From sequence record DRR378314_123: a stretch of DNA of 64,000 nucleotides; one strand, written 5' to 3'. A model generated the notes under the pieces. It had not been told where the DNA came from and ran no database searches. It worked only from the letters and a program-made list of their open reading frames with translations. Position numbers and translations under genes: made by a program. Below, piece by piece: positions 45,511-55,274 of this stretch. Position 1 is the stretch's first letter. The number at the start of each line of letters is the position of its first letter.

Positions 45511-46737
45511 ATGAACACAGACAGTCGAATCGGCGACCTATACCGAACCCAGTCACGCCGGGTTCAGGCCACCCTTATCCGCCTGCTGGGAGACTTCGAC
45601 CTGGCAGAAGAATCCATGCAGGAAGCCTTTGCCGCTGCCATCAAACAGTGGCCGGAGCAGGGCATTCCGGACAACCCTGCCGCCTGGCTGATCAAAACCG
45701 GTCATCGTCGCGGCATTGACCATATCCGCCGGCGTCAGACCGCGAGGGATAACCTCCCCCATATTGCTGAGGAGGAACCCAACCTGTCAGAGCCGGACAC
45801 CGACCATATTGACGACGACCTGCTGCGGCTGATTTTCACCTGTTGCCACCCGGGCCTGGCCATTGAAGCCCAATTGGCGTTGACGCTGCGTGAGATATGC
45901 GGCCTGACCACCGAGCAGGTCGCCAGTGCCCTGCTACAGAAGCCCACGACGACAGCTCAACGAATTGTCCGCGCCAAGCGCAAGATACGTGAAGCCAATA
46001 TTCCCTATGAGGTTCCGGAACGAAAGGAACTGCCCGAGCGTCTGCAGAGCGTCCTGAAAGTCATCTATCTGATCTTCAACGAGGGGTATTCCTCCAGTGA
46101 AGGCAACATCGTCGTTAACATCAATCTGGCGACCGAAGCCATCCGCCTGGCCCACCTGCTGGCCGAACTGCTGCCGGAAGGCGAAGTCTTTGGCCTGCTG
46201 GCGCTTATGCTCCTGCACGATTCACGCCGCCATGCCCGCCAGGATACAAATGGCGAGTTGATAACCCTGGAGGACCAGAACCGTGATATCTGGGACCAGG
46301 ACCAGATTCGTTCCGGCCTGTCCTGGCTGGCCCGGGCCCTGCAACTGACCCCCGCGGGGCCCTACACGCTCCAGGCGTCCATCGCCGCCGTCCACGCCGA
46401 AGCCGCCAGCCCCGCGGATACTGACTGGGCCCGGATTACCAGGCTCTATGAAGCCCTTTACCAACAGCAGCCTTCCCCGGTGATCGCCCTGAACCACGCC
46501 GTGGCAGTAGCGATGCGGGACACCCCGGAAGAAGGCCTTAAGCTACTCGACCAGATGGCTGGGCATAAAGCCATTCAGAACTACTACCTCTTCCATGCCG
46601 CCCGTGCCGATCTTTTCCGCCGTTCGGGCGATCTCAGTGGCGCCCGAATCGCCTACCAGAGGGCTCTCGCCCTTACACAGCAAGGGCCGGAACAGCGCTA
46701 TCTGAACCGTCGGCTGACGGATCTCGACAGCGCCTGA
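45511..46737 (+). CDS. ECF sigma factor, ECF42-type with C-terminal TPR extension
   Basis: GDFDLAEESMQEAF, DDLLRLIFTCCHP, YLIFNEGY and GPYTLQASIAA. Adjacent DGPF gene. Confidence 0.92.
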   Translation: MNTDSRIGDLYRTQSRRVQATLIRLLGDFDLAEESMQEAFAAAIKQWPEQGIPDNPAAWLIKTGHRRGIDHIRRRQTARDNLPHIAEEEPNLSEPDTDHIDDDLLRLIFTCCHPGLAIEAQLALTLREICGLTTEQVASALLQKPTTTAQRIVRAKRKIREANIPYEVPERKELPERLQSVLKVIYLIFNEGYSSSEGNIVVNINLATEAIRLAHLLAELLPEGEVFGLLALMLLHDSRRHARQDTNGELITLEDQNRDIWDQDQIRSGLSWLARALQLTPAGPYTLQASIAAVHAEAASPADTDWARITRLYEALYQQQPSPVIALNHAVAVAMRDTPEEGLKLLDQMAGHKAIQNYYLFHAARADLFRRSGDLSGARIAYQRALALTQQGPEQRYLNRRLTDLDSA

Positions 46738-46815
46738 TAAATAAATTTCCCGGGCTGTCGATTCGGCCCTCTTGCGTACGACATACAGATAATCACTCAA
46801 AGAAGGGAGACGCAC

Positions 46816-47175
46816 ATGAAGTACGTAGCGCTGGTGTATTACCAGGAGAGCATCATCAACAGCATGACCGAACAGGAATGGCACGATCTCAACCAGGAGT
46901 GCATTGCCGGGGTGGAGAGGCTGACCGAGCAGGGCAAGTTCGTCACAGGCCAACCGTTGCAACCCATTGAAACGGCCACAACGGTGAGGGTCAGGGACGA
47001 CGACGTACTGATCTCCGACGGCCCCTTTGCCGAAACCAAGGAGCAACTGGCGGGTTTCTACCTGCTGGAAGCCAATGATCTGAACGAGGCACTGCAACTC
47101 GCAAGCCGTATTCCTCCGGCGCGCTTCGGCAGCATCGAAGTCAGGCCCGCGCGCGAACTACCCCCCAAGGACTGA
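46816..47175 (+). CDS. YciI/DGPF-family protein
   Basis: DGPFAETKEQLAGFY and IEVRP. Confidence 0.93.
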   Translation: MKYVALVYYQESIINSMTEQEWHDLNQECIAGVERLTEQGKFVTGQPLQPIETATTVRVRDDDVLISDGPFAETKEQLAGFYLLEANDLNEALQLASRIPPARFGSIEVRPARELPPKD

Positions 47176-47191
47176 AACGAGGAGAATCACA

Positions 47192-47545
47192 ATGACGTAT
47201 GTCGACGGATTCGTAGCGGCGGTCCCCACCGCCAACAAGGAAAAATACATCAAACACGCCAGCGACGCCGCCGTGGTGTTCAAGGACCACGGCGCCCTGA
47301 AACTCGTGGAATGCTGGGGGGATGATGTGCCCGACGGTAAAATCACATCGTTCCCCATGGCCGTGCAGTGCAAGCCGGACGAGACGGTGGTGTTCTCATG
47401 GATTGTCTGGCCCTCCCGCGAGGTCCGGAACAAGGGCATGCCGAAAGTCATGGAAGACCCCCGGATACAGGCGGATGTGAACCCCATGCCTTTTGACGGC
47501 AAACGCCTTATCTACGGCGGTTTCGAAACGGTTGTGGACGAATAG
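47192..47545 (+). CDS. DUF1428 (YbaA-like) protein
   Basis: YVDGFVAAVP, ECWGDDVPDGK and MPFDGKRLIYGGF. Confidence 0.92.
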   Translation: MTYVDGFVAAVPTANKEKYIKHASDAAVVFKDHGALKLVECWGDDVPDGKITSFPMAVQCKPDETVVFSWIVWPSREVRNKGMPKVMEDPRIQADVNPMPFDGKRLIYGGFETVVDE

Positions 47546-47632
47546 GGATCATAAGCGCCGGAGCGCCGTTTCGGCGCTTCCGGCCATCGAACAGAATGTC
47601 TGGATCATGGAATCTCGGTCAGGTTCGACAGG

Positions 47633-47663
47633 CGTTTAAGACCTCAACTAAACTTCAGGTCAA
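47633..47663 (-). promoter_or_regulatory. SoxR box within a MerR-type promoter with 19-bp spacer
   Basis: CCTCAACTAAACTTCAGG (47642-59) versus consensus CCTCAAGTTAACTTGAGG. Minus strand reads TTGACC-N19-TAAACG. Confidence 0.8.
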
Positions 47664-47687
47664 TACAACCTGCGATGGGAGATTCCT

Positions 47688-48164
47688 ATGTCAAACATAG
47701 GCAACGGAGAGATCAAGGCTTCACTCACCGTCGGGGAGGTGGCGAAACGCAGCGGTGTCGCCGTGTCGGCCATCCATTTCTATGAGAAGAAAGGGCTGAT
47801 TGAGAGCTGGCGCAACGCCGGTAACCAGCGGCGTTTCCACCGGGACGTCCTGCGCCGGATTGCGGTTATCAAGGTGGCCCAAAGGCTGGGCATTCCTCTG
47901 GCGGAAATCGGGGAAACCCTGGCCACCCTGCCGGCCAACCGCACGGTAACGGCACAAGACTGGCAGCGGCTCTCCGAAAAATGGAAATCCGACCTCAACC
48001 ACCGCATAGACATGCTCATAGGACTCAGGGACCAGCTCAGCAGCTGCATTGGCTGCGGCTGCCTGTCCATAGACGCCTGCCGGTTACGTAACCCCTGGGA
48101 TGAGCTTGGCGATGAGGGGCCCGGTGCGAGGTTGCTGGACCAAGGCGACAAACTCCAGAAATAG
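47688..48164 (+). CDS. soxR: Redox-sensitive activator SoxR
   Basis: Mer[13 protein letters not shown] and [12 protein letters not shown] [2Fe-2S] motif. Confidence 0.97.
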   Translation: MSNIGNGEIKASLTVGEVAKRSGVAVSAIHFYEKKGLIESWRNAGNQRRFHRDVLRRIAVIKVAQRLGIPLAEIGETLATLPANRTVTAQDWQRLSEKWKSDLNHRIDMLIGLRDQLSSCIGCGCLSIDACRLRNPWDELGDEGPGARLLDQGDKLQK

Positions 48165-48193
48165 GCGCTTAAAGGGTATCACCTGATTCTCTC

Positions 48194-48508
48194 TTACATC
48201 GATTCGCGATTTTCGTGTCCCATGCAGCACTCTTCTTTGAGAAATCCGGTCAACGCCTCCAGTAACTCGAAATTGGGAAGGCAGGTAATGACCCGGCTGT
48301 GCTTTACCTGCCGGATGAGGCCGGCATTGGCCATGCGGGACAAATGATGGGAAAGGGTTGATCCCGGGATATCGAGCTGACGCTGTACTTCCCCAACAGA
48401 CGCCCCCTCATGGCCCGCTCTTACGAGATACCGGAAAATCGACAGCCTGTGGGTGTTCCCAAGCTCAGCGAGGCACATCGCCGCTTCTTCATTCGTCATC
48501 GCCATCAC
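48194..48508 (-). CDS. ArsR/SmtB family regulator
   Basis: LGNTHRLSIFRYL, IPGSTLSHHL and C-terminal EECC. Confidence 0.9.
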   Translation of the reverse strand: MMAMTNEEAAMCLAELGNTHRLSIFRYLVRAGHEGASVGEVQRQLDIPGSTLSHHLSRMANAGLIRQVKHSRVITCLPNFELLEALTGFLKEECCMGHENRESM

Positions 48509-48512
48509 CTAT

Positions 48513-48590
48513 AATTCGATAATTCTAGAAATTTACTTGACAGGATAATGAAGCGCAATTTACTTTTATATTTCCACATATCTAGAAATA
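48513..48590. promoter_or_regulatory. Two related AT-rich imperfect palindromes (putative ArsR operators)
   Basis: AATTCGATAATTCTAGAAATT (48513-33) and TATTTCCACATATCTAGAAATA (48569-90) share TTC-N10-GAAAT. They lie between the divergent arsR and permease genes. Confidence 0.6.
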
Positions 48591-48601
48591 TAGAGATTAT
48601 C

Positions 48602-49606
48602 ATGCCACAGGAACTGCAAGACACCCTGAGTATGTTCGCTTTTCTCGCGCTGGAGCTATCTGTTCTCTTCCTGCTGATCAGCTACCTGGTTGGCGTGCTC
48701 CAGCGCTATGTACCGCAGGAAAAAATTGCCGAGGCGCTCAGTGCAAAACGAGGCAGAAGCTATCTGCTTGCCGCGCTGTTGGGCGCAATCACCCCCTTCT
48801 GCAGTTGCTCCACGATTCCCTTATTGAAGGGACTTGTCCGTGCTCGCGCAGGATTTGGTCCGATGATGGTTTTCCTGTTCGCATCCCCTCTGCTGAATCC
48901 GGTCATCGTGGTACTGATGGCTGTCACCTTTGGCCTTAAGCTGACCAGCATTTACGTGGTGACCGGCCTGCTGGTGTCCATCGCCGCTGGATGGTCGCTG
49001 CAAAGGCTGGGATTCGAGCGGTATGTCCTCAACGTCAACGAGGTTGAGGGCGGCTGCTCGGCGGGGTCCGGCAGGTCAACAGCCACGGAATCAGATGGTT
49101 CCGGTGGAAGCTCCGCGGGCGGCGCCATCGTATACGGCAAGGGATACGCCGTGCCTGCCGCGTCCTATTACGAATCACTTCTGAGGGATATCCGGGCGGG
49201 GAAACTCGACGGTCTCTGGAGCGAAACCTGGTCGGATTTCAGGAAAGTGCTGCCATACCTGATACTGGGCATCAGCATTGGAAGCGTTATCTACGGGTTT
49301 GTCCCGGCGGGCCTACTCACGGACTATGCCGGAACCAATAATCCTTTCGCCATTCCGGTCGCCGCCGTCATTGGCGCCCCCCTCTACATCCGTGCGGAGG
49401 CGGTTATACCGTTAGCAGCGGCCTTGCTGAGCAAGGGAGTCAGCGCAGGTGCGGTCATGGCATTGATCATTGGCAGTGCCGGCGCCAGCCTGACGGAACT
49501 GATCCTGCTTAAATCGCTATTTCGCTGGCCTCTGGTGGCCGTGTTCCTGGCGGTGGTCATTGGCATGGCGATAAGCGCCGGTTACGCAACCTACCTGCTG
49601 TACTGA
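48602..49606 (+). CDS. DUF318/ArsP-family permease
   Basis: GAITPFCSCSTIP, FLFASPLLNP, GAPLYIRAE and GAGASL-like motif. Confidence 0.88.
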   Translation: MPQELQDTLSMFAFLALELSVLFLLISYLVGVLQRYVPQEKIAEALSAKRGRSYLLAALLGAITPFCSCSTIPLLKGLVRARAGFGPMMVFLFASPLLNPVIVVLMAVTFGLKLTSIYVVTGLLVSIAAGWSLQRLGFERYVLNVNEVEGGCSAGSGRSTATESDGSGGSSAGGAIVYGKGYAVPAASYYESLLRDIRAGKLDGLWSETWSDFRKVLPYLILGISIGSVIYGFVPAGLLTDYAGTNNPFAIPVAAVIGAPLYIRAEAVIPLAAALLSKGVSAGAVMALIIGSAGASLTELILLKSLFRWPLVAVFLAVVIGMAISAGYATYLLY

Positions 49607-49650
49607 AAACGACGATCAACGCCTCAACCGGGCGGCGTGCCATGTCCAAA

Positions 49651-50064
49651 CTACAGCGGAACCTTTCCCCGCAAGGCCTTGGTTTTGCCTTTCTGGGTCT
49701 TTTTGTCCACACGCCGGCGCTGTGAGCCCTTGGTGGGCCGCGTGGGTCGACGCGCTTTCTGCTGCTTTACCGCTTCTTGAATCAGTTCCTTCAAGCGCTC
49801 AAGGGCATCTTCCTTATTCAGCTCAAGGGTACGGAATTTCTGGGCTTTGATGACAATAACGCCTTCCTTGCTGATGCGCTGATCCGACAGCTTCATCAGC
49901 CGTTCTTTGTAGAACGGTGGAAGGCTGGAGTTGAGAATGTCGAAGCGCAGGTGCACTGCAGAGGCCACTTTGTTGACGTTCTGGCCCCCGGCGCCCTGAG
50001 CCCGGATCTGGGTCAGCTCGATCTCCCAATCACCCAGTTCCACCGCGTTGGAGATCTTCAGCAT
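49651..50064 (-). CDS. arfB: Alternative ribosome rescue peptidyl-tRNA hydrolase ArfB
   Basis: RAQGAGGQNVNKV (GGQ) and basic tail RRPTRPTKGSQRRR. Confidence 0.96.
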   Translation of the reverse strand: MLKISNAVELGDWEIELTQIRAQGAGGQNVNKVASAVHLRFDILNSSLPPFYKERLMKLSDQRISKEGVIVIKAQKFRTLELNKEDALERLKELIQEAVKQQKARRPTRPTKGSQRRRVDKKTQKGKTKALRGKVPL

Positions 50065-51050
50065 GATGGTTCCGTTTGCTCGATGGATTGACGCAGGCTG
50101 GCATCCAGTTCATCCGCATCCAGGCTCTGCTCGCTGATGACCTCAAGGCGCGACAGCTCCCTCGGTTCGCATTCCGACACCGAGAGCGAACCGTCCGCCA
50201 TATTGATGGTACGCCAGCCGTCGCCGGTATGAACCACCGCTTTGAACCGAACAAAGCGACTGTCGAGGGAAAGTGCCAACAGCGAGGTTTCCGAGAAAAC
50301 CGTATCGGGGTGTATACGCCAGCCCAGGCTGAAATGGCCCTGCCCCCGGTTACTGACCCGCTGCCAGGGCTCATCCCGGATATCAGGGACCGTCGCAGGC
50401 TCTGAGGAATCGTGGTGATGGTGCGCATGGGGCGCACTGACCTCCGACATAGCGGTTTCGCCATCCAGCCAGCCAATTTCCAGCCGGCCCTGCCGGGTAT
50501 GGAATACGGCGGCTTTCGCCGGCTGCTGTTCTCCCACCCACTGATCGAACCGGGCCACCTGCTCCGGCGTGCAGAGATCGGTTTTGTTCGCCACCACGAT
50601 ATCGGCCGCCGCAACCTGGTCCTGAAACTGCACGTTCTCCAGAACCTTCGGCTCTTCAAGCCGCCTGGGATCAACAAGGCAAATCACCGGGCCCAGTTTC
50701 AGAACATCCTGATAGTGCTCTCCCGTCAGAGTCTCGATGATCTGTGAGGGATGCCCGAGCCCGGTAGGCTCGATCAGCAGTCGGTCAGGTTTGGCTTTAT
50801 GAATCAGCTGGTTGAGACCAATTTTCATGGGCAGCCCGGCCACGCAACACATGCAACCGCCGGGGATTTCCCGCACAAAGGCGCCCTCGGTTTCGAGCAT
50901 GGCGCCGTCAATGCCCACTTCACCGAATTCGTTCACCAGCACCGCCCAGACTTCGCCGTCCGGCTTTTTCTTCAGCAGGTCCAGTATGGCGGTGGTTTTA
51001 CCCACCCCCAGAAAGCCAAGCACCAGATTGGTCGGTATTGGTGAAGTCAT
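50058..51050 (-). CDS. COG0523/CobW-family metallochaperone GTPase
   Basis: GFLGVGKTT, NEFGEVGID, GGCMCC, EPTG, NKTD and His-rich HAHHHH. Confidence 0.93.
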   Translation of the reverse strand: MTSPIPTNLVLGFLGVGKTTAILDLLKKKPDGEVWAVLVNEFGEVGIDGAMLETEGAFVREIPGGCMCCVAGLPMKIGLNQLIHKAKPDRLLIEPTGLGHPSQIIETLTGEHYQDVLKLGPVICLVDPRRLEEPKVLENVQFQDQVAAADIVVANKTDLCTPEQVARFDQWVGEQQPAKAAVFHTRQGRLEIGWLDGETAMSEVSAPHAHHHHDSSEPATVPDIRDEPWQRVSNRGQGHFSLGWRIHPDTVFSETSLLALSLDSRFVRFKAVVHTGDGWRTINMADGSLSVSECEPRELSRLEVISEQSLDADELDASLRQSIEQTEPSC

Positions 51051-51091
51051 GAATTGCCCGTGTTGAAAAATGAAAGAATCGGCACAGCCGC

Positions 51092-51108
51092 GTGTTATAA
51101 CATAACAC
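51092..51108. promoter_or_regulatory. Zur box
   Basis: Perfect 7-3-7 palindrome GTGTTAT-AAC-ATAACAC about 40 bp upstream of the COG0523 gene. Matches the proteobacterial Zur core TGTTAT-N3-ATAACA. Confidence 0.8.
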
Positions 51109-51190
51109 TGTAGTATTCCCCTAATACCCGTTGCCGTGCTGCCCTTGCTACTGTGATCAGGCTACCACCAACAAGCACAAGGAGCAGGGT

Positions 51191-51760
51191 ATGAGCGGTA
51201 AAAAAATACTGATGATTACCGGTGATTTCACCGAGGACTATGAAACCATGGTGCCCTTCCAGGCACTGCAGGCGGTAGGCCATACCGTTCATGCGGTCTG
51301 CCCGGACAAGAAATCGGGGGATACCGTAGCCACGGCCATCCATGACTTCGAAGGCGACCAGACCTACACCGAAAAACCCGGGCACCGATTCGCCTTGAAC
51401 GCGGACTTCGCCGGGCTCAATCCCGCTGACTACGACGCTCTGGTGGTGCCTGGTGGCCGCGCACCGGAATACCTGCGGCTGAATGATGACGTTAAGAAAC
51501 TGGTTCGTCACTTCTTTGAAACCGAGAAGCCCGTGGCGGCGATTTGCCACGGTGCGCAACTGCTGGCCGCTGCTGGCGTGCTTGAAGGCCGTGAATGCTC
51601 CGCCTACCCGGCGTGCCAGCCGGAAGTGGAACTGGCCGGGGGCCGCTTCGCCGCTATCAACGTTGACGCGGCGGTCACCGATGGTAATCTGGTGACAGCA
51701 CCGGCATGGCCAGCCCACCCTCAGTGGCTGGCGCAGTTTTTTACACTGCTGGACAAGTGA
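51191..51760 (+). CDS. DJ-1/PfpI family protein
   Basis: [18 protein letters not shown] and AICHG. Confidence 0.93.
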   Translation: MSGKKILMITGDFTEDYETMVPFQALQAVGHTVHAVCPDKKSGDTVATAIHDFEGDQTYTEKPGHRFALNADFAGLNPADYDALVVPGGRAPEYLRLNDDVKKLVRHFFETEKPVAAICHGAQLLAAAGVLEGRECSAYPACQPEVELAGGRFAAINVDAAVTDGNLVTAPAWPAHPQWLAQFFTLLDK

Positions 51761-51766
51761 CGGCAA

Positions 51767-51790
51767 ACGGGGCCGCTGAAGCGGCCCCGT
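51767..51790. other. 10-bp intergenic hairpin between the DJ-1/PfpI gene and the RHH gene
   Basis: ACGGGGCCGC-TGAA-GCGGCCCCGT, with no U-tract. Confidence 0.7.
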
Positions 51791-51808
51791 ACTCACGAGG
51801 GCTACACC

Positions 51809-52177
51809 ATGTGCAAACTCTTCGTCCACGCGGATTCCGAACTCTGGGTCAGCCGAACCCACTCCCTGCGCATTGACGGCATGGTCACCAGCATTCGCAT
51901 GGAGAACGCCTTCTGGAGTGCCCTTACTGACATTGCTGCCCGGGATGGCATGAACCTGCCCCAGATGATCACGAAGCTCTACCACGAATCCATTGATGCC
52001 GGGCACGATCTGGGCAACTTCACCTCGTTTCTGCGTGTGTGTGCCATGCGTTACCTCGCCCTTCAGCTCAGTGGCGATATTCCCCGCAACACCCAGGTCC
52101 CCATCGCCTCCCTGGACGCTGACAAGATCCTCGCCAGGAACATGGACCAGAAGCCCCCCAGCGAAGCCACGCACTAA
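51809..52177 (+). CDS. Ribbon-helix-helix domain protein
   Basis: SLRIDGMVTSIRMENAFW and NFTSFLRVC. Confidence 0.85.
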   Translation: MCKLFVHADSELWVSRTHSLRIDGMVTSIRMENAFWSALTDIAARDGMNLPQMITKLYHESIDAGHDLGNFTSFLRVCAMRYLALQLSGDIPRNTQVPIASLDADKILARNMDQKPPSEATH

Positions 52178-52284
52178 AACCGCGAATATGAGGGGTCTTT
52201 TACCAATTTCAGGTAAGATGCCTCCATACATGCCGGTCGACATCCGATGACCCGCCAGGCCCAACCAGCCGACCGAAAGGATCT

Positions 52285-53145
52285 ATGAAGATACCAAAAC
52301 GATTACAGCCACTTGTCGATGATGGCATGGTGGATGAGGTGTTGTACCAGTTGATGAGTGGCAAGGAAGCCCAGGTGTTCGTTGTACGCTGTGGCGACAG
52401 CGTTCGCTGCGCCAAAGTCTATAAAGAGGCGCAGAAACGCAGCTTCAAGCAGGCGGTGCAATACCAGGAAGGCCGCAAGGTCCGCAACAGCCGACGCGCC
52501 CGTGCCATGGGCAAGAAAACCCGCTATGGCCAGAAAGAACAGGAAGACGCCTGGCTGAACGCTGAGGTGGACGCCCTTTACCGTCTGGCAGGTGCTGGCG
52601 TGCGTGTACCGGAACCGTTTGGTTTCGTGGACGGCGTGCTGCTGATGGAGATGATTGCTGACGAGGATGGCAAGGCGGCACCACGGCTGGACGACGTCAC
52701 ACTGACGCCGGAGCAGGCGCGGGAGTACCACGCCCGGGTTATTGCCGACGTGGTGCGCATGCTGAGCGCCGGCCTGATTCACGGAGACCTGTCGGAATTT
52801 AATGTGCTGGTGGACGCAACAGGCCCGGTGATTATCGACCTGCCTCAGGCGGTCAACGCTTCCGGAAACAACAGTGCCGAACGCATGCTGGAACGGGACG
52901 TGGACAATATGCGCCGCTATTTTGGCCGATTCGCCCCGGAACTCATGAACACCGACTATGGCAAGGAGATCTGGGCACTCTACGAGTCGGGCGACCTGCA
53001 CCCTGACAGCCGACTAACCGGATGTTTCGAGCACGACACCGAAAGCGCGGATGTCGACGAACTCATGGCGGTTATTGATGCTGCAAAAGAGGAAGAGCGC
53101 GAACGCCAGGAACGCCTGAGAGATGCCGAGGAAGGCGAGGACTAG
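52285..53145 (+). CDS. RIO1-family atypical kinase (PA4780-like)
   Basis: LMSGKEA, AKVYK, IHGDLSEFN and IIDLPQ. Confidence 0.92.
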   Translation: MKIPKRLQPLVDDGMVDEVLYQLMSGKEAQVFVVRCGDSVRCAKVYKEAQKRSFKQAVQYQEGRKVRNSRRARAMGKKTRYGQKEQEDAWLNAEVDALYRLAGAGVRVPEPFGFVDGVLLMEMIADEDGKAAPRLDDVTLTPEQAREYHARVIADVVRMLSAGLIHGDLSEFNVLVDATGPVIIDLPQAVNASGNNSAERMLERDVDNMRRYFGRFAPELMNTDYGKEIWALYESGDLHPDSRLTGCFEHDTESADVDELMAVIDAAKEEERERQERLRDAEEGED

Positions 53146-53537
53146 CCCGCCTTCCCCAAAAACCGACCCGCCACACCATCTGACAGCATCAGATGGGCCA
53201 GCGCCGGGTACGGCAGATAGTGGCTTAGCAGGAACAACACCGCTGAGGTATCGAGGCCAGCAGACAGGCCGACGTAAGCGCCCCAGGCCACGAACAGCGC
53301 ACCGAGAAACCCACCGTAGGCCCACAACACTCGTCCACGCTCTTCACCCGTCGGTACCCGCTTCAGTACCCGGGTCACCGACCAGCCAATGTAAGCCGCA
53401 ATCAACGCCGCGATCACCACCGAAACGACCACACCCGTCAGTCCGAACAGGAAGCGCGCCAGATAGTTGGTGAGAAAAAACAGAACAATGGCGCTGACGG
53501 CAACAATGGTTACTCGCGAACGCTTCAAATCTTCCAT
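53142..53537 (-). CDS. Hypothetical 4-TM membrane protein
   Basis: Hydrophobic ORF filling the gap, with a 4-bp convergent overlap with the RIO1 gene. Confidence 0.7.
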   Translation of the reverse strand: MEDLKRSRVTIVAVSAIVLFFLTNYLARFLFGLTGVVVSVVIAALIAAYIGWSVTRVLKRVPTGEERGRVLWAYGGFLGALFVAWGAYVGLSAGLDTSAVLFLLSHYLPYPALAHLMLSDGVAGRFLGKAG

Positions 53538-53560
53538 AGACAGAATCCCGGCCAGTTAAA

Positions 53561-54094
53561 TCATAGGGTCTGCACTGTTTTAACATTCCGGGCGTCCAGA
53601 AGCGACTTCGCCTCCTGAAGCTGTTGCGCACTGGATGCGTGCACCGCCAGCACATACCGACCCTTGCGCAAGGCCGACTGTGCCTTCATCAGGTACGGCG
53701 TATGGTCGGGACGGATTGTCAGCGCACCCGCCAGCAACAACCCGAGCATCAGCCCCAGCGCTGCAAGCACCGAAGCGGAAACCACCGCATTCTGCGCGAT
53801 AAAGCCGATGCCCAGGGCGCCCAATAGCAGGAATACAATAAATCCTACGACGGCACCACCGACACCGAGGCCAACATGGGAACGCACCAGCGTTTGCCAG
53901 ATGCCCTGATCCTCAGGCTCAAGTTCTGTGCCCTGATGCCGGTCTTCAGGGCTGAGAACGGAAACCTGCTCATCCGTAAGGCTTGTCTCGTCACAAATGG
54001 CTTTGGCCGATCCCAAGGCGTCTGACTCTGTCTCGAAGACAGCCGCCACTTTGTGACCTTCGTGCTCACCGGTCAAACTCACTGAGGGTTTCAT
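53561..54094 (-). CDS. Hypothetical membrane protein (two Gly-rich TMs)
   Basis: AGGAGG RBS before ATG 54094; KVAAVF..LEPE..GIWQTL pattern. Confidence 0.75.
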   Translation of the reverse strand: MKPSVSLTGEHEGHKVAAVFETESDALGSAKAICDETSLTDEQVSVLSPEDRHQGTELEPEDQGIWQTLVRSHVGLGVGGAVVGFIVFLLLGALGIGFIAQNAVVSASVLAALGLMLGLLLAGALTIRPDHTPYLMKAQSALRKGRYVLAVHASSAQQLQEAKSLLDARNVKTVQTL

Positions 54095-54225
54095 GGAAAT
54101 ACCTCCTGAGCCTCTGAGCGAATGAATGGGGGATTTCACATCGGACTCCCCCTACTCATAAACATACAACACATATACCTGTATTTCGAATGACCGTCAG
54201 GCAATGACCGCCTGCCAGGCGCTAT

Positions 54226-54900
54226 TTACCAGGCCAGCCAGATCACGTGGCGTGCGCCCTTCCCGGGCCGCTGGGCACGGACTGTCACCGGCTCCACGGA
54301 GAATCCTGCGCGGCGCAGTCTCTCTGTGAATGCATGCTCTGGGCCAGCAGACCAATAGGCCAGTATGCCGTCAGGACTCAGGGACTTCTGGGCGGCCGCA
54401 ATACCGTCCGGGGAATAGATCCAGTTGTTCTCCTTGCGGGTCAGGCCTTCGGGGCCATTGTCGACATCCAGCAGAATGGCGTCCCAGTTGCCATCGCCTT
54501 CCCGAAGCAATTCCGCCACGTCGCCAACATGCACACGTGCCCGGGCGTCGTTCAACGGGTAACCTGCTGCTGCTCCCAGAGGCCCCCTGTTCCAGCCTTC
54601 TACTTCCGGGACCAGCTCGGCCACCGTTACCAGGGCATCATCCGCGAGCGCTGATAGGGCCGCAGCCAGCGTAAACCCCATACCCAGTCCGCCGATCAAC
54701 ACGCGCGGGCCCACCACGCCGGCTATGCGCTCACAGGCAAGCGTGGCCAGTGCATCTTCAGAGCCATGCAGGCGGCTGTTCATCAACTCACCGGTGGTAC
54801 CGGCAATCTTGATGGAGAATTCATCGTTGCGTTGCAGCAAGCGCAACCGTGTTCCATTACCGGGAATGGTTGCCGTGCCGATCTCCTGAAATCGGCCCAT
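54226..54900 (-). CDS. Spermidine-synthase-like SAM-dependent methyltransferase
   Basis: ELMNSRLHGSE, LIGGLGMGFT and LLDVDNGP. Confidence 0.85.
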   Translation of the reverse strand: MGRFQEIGTATIPGNGTRLRLLQRNDEFSIKIAGTTGELMNSRLHGSEDALATLACERIAGVVGPRVLIGGLGMGFTLAAALSALADDALVTVAELVPEVEGWNRGPLGAAAGYPLNDARARVHVGDVAELLREGDGNWDAILLDVDNGPEGLTRKENNWIYSPDGIAAAQKSLSPDGILAYWSAGPEHAFTERLRRAGFSVEPVTVRAQRPGKGARHVIWLAW

Positions 54901-55245
54901 CTATTTCTTGACCCACTGTCCATCCCTCAGGATGTATTGACCGGCCGGTGTTTTTTCCAGCGCCTTCTGGCCGGCCACCGTCTCCACCTGGGTGACGGGA
55001 ATGTCGTGCTTCTGCGCAATGCGGGCGTATTCATCCCGCCGGGCCTTGTTGATGGCTTCGACAATCCCTCGAGCGTTGCCGCCCGCTTTGACCACGTCGA
55101 GATAGCCGGTCGGGGTTTCTCCCACCAGGCCCTGCTGTTTGGCAGTATCCAGCTGGTTCTTGGCCTCGTTCAGATCCATCGCGACGGCGGGCAACGCCAG
55201 GCAAAGCGCAAGGATGAACGCACTGAGTTGTACAAACCGTTTCAT
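54901..55245 (-). CDS. ydbL: YdbL (DUF1318) periplasmic protein
   Basis: Signal peptide, AKQQGLVGE..GYL and IN.ARR..Y. Confidence 0.9.
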   Translation of the reverse strand: MKRFVQLSAFILALCLALPAVAMDLNEAKNQLDTAKQQGLVGETPTGYLDVVKAGGNARGIVEAINKARRDEYARIAQKHDIPVTQVETVAGQKALEKTPAGQYILRDGQWVKK

Positions 55246-55274
55246 GAGTGACTCCCTGGATTCAGAATTGACCA

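Noticed and set aside
51095..52264. 389-aa minus-strand ORF
   Set aside because: Antisense to the well-supported DJ-1/PfpI and RHH genes.
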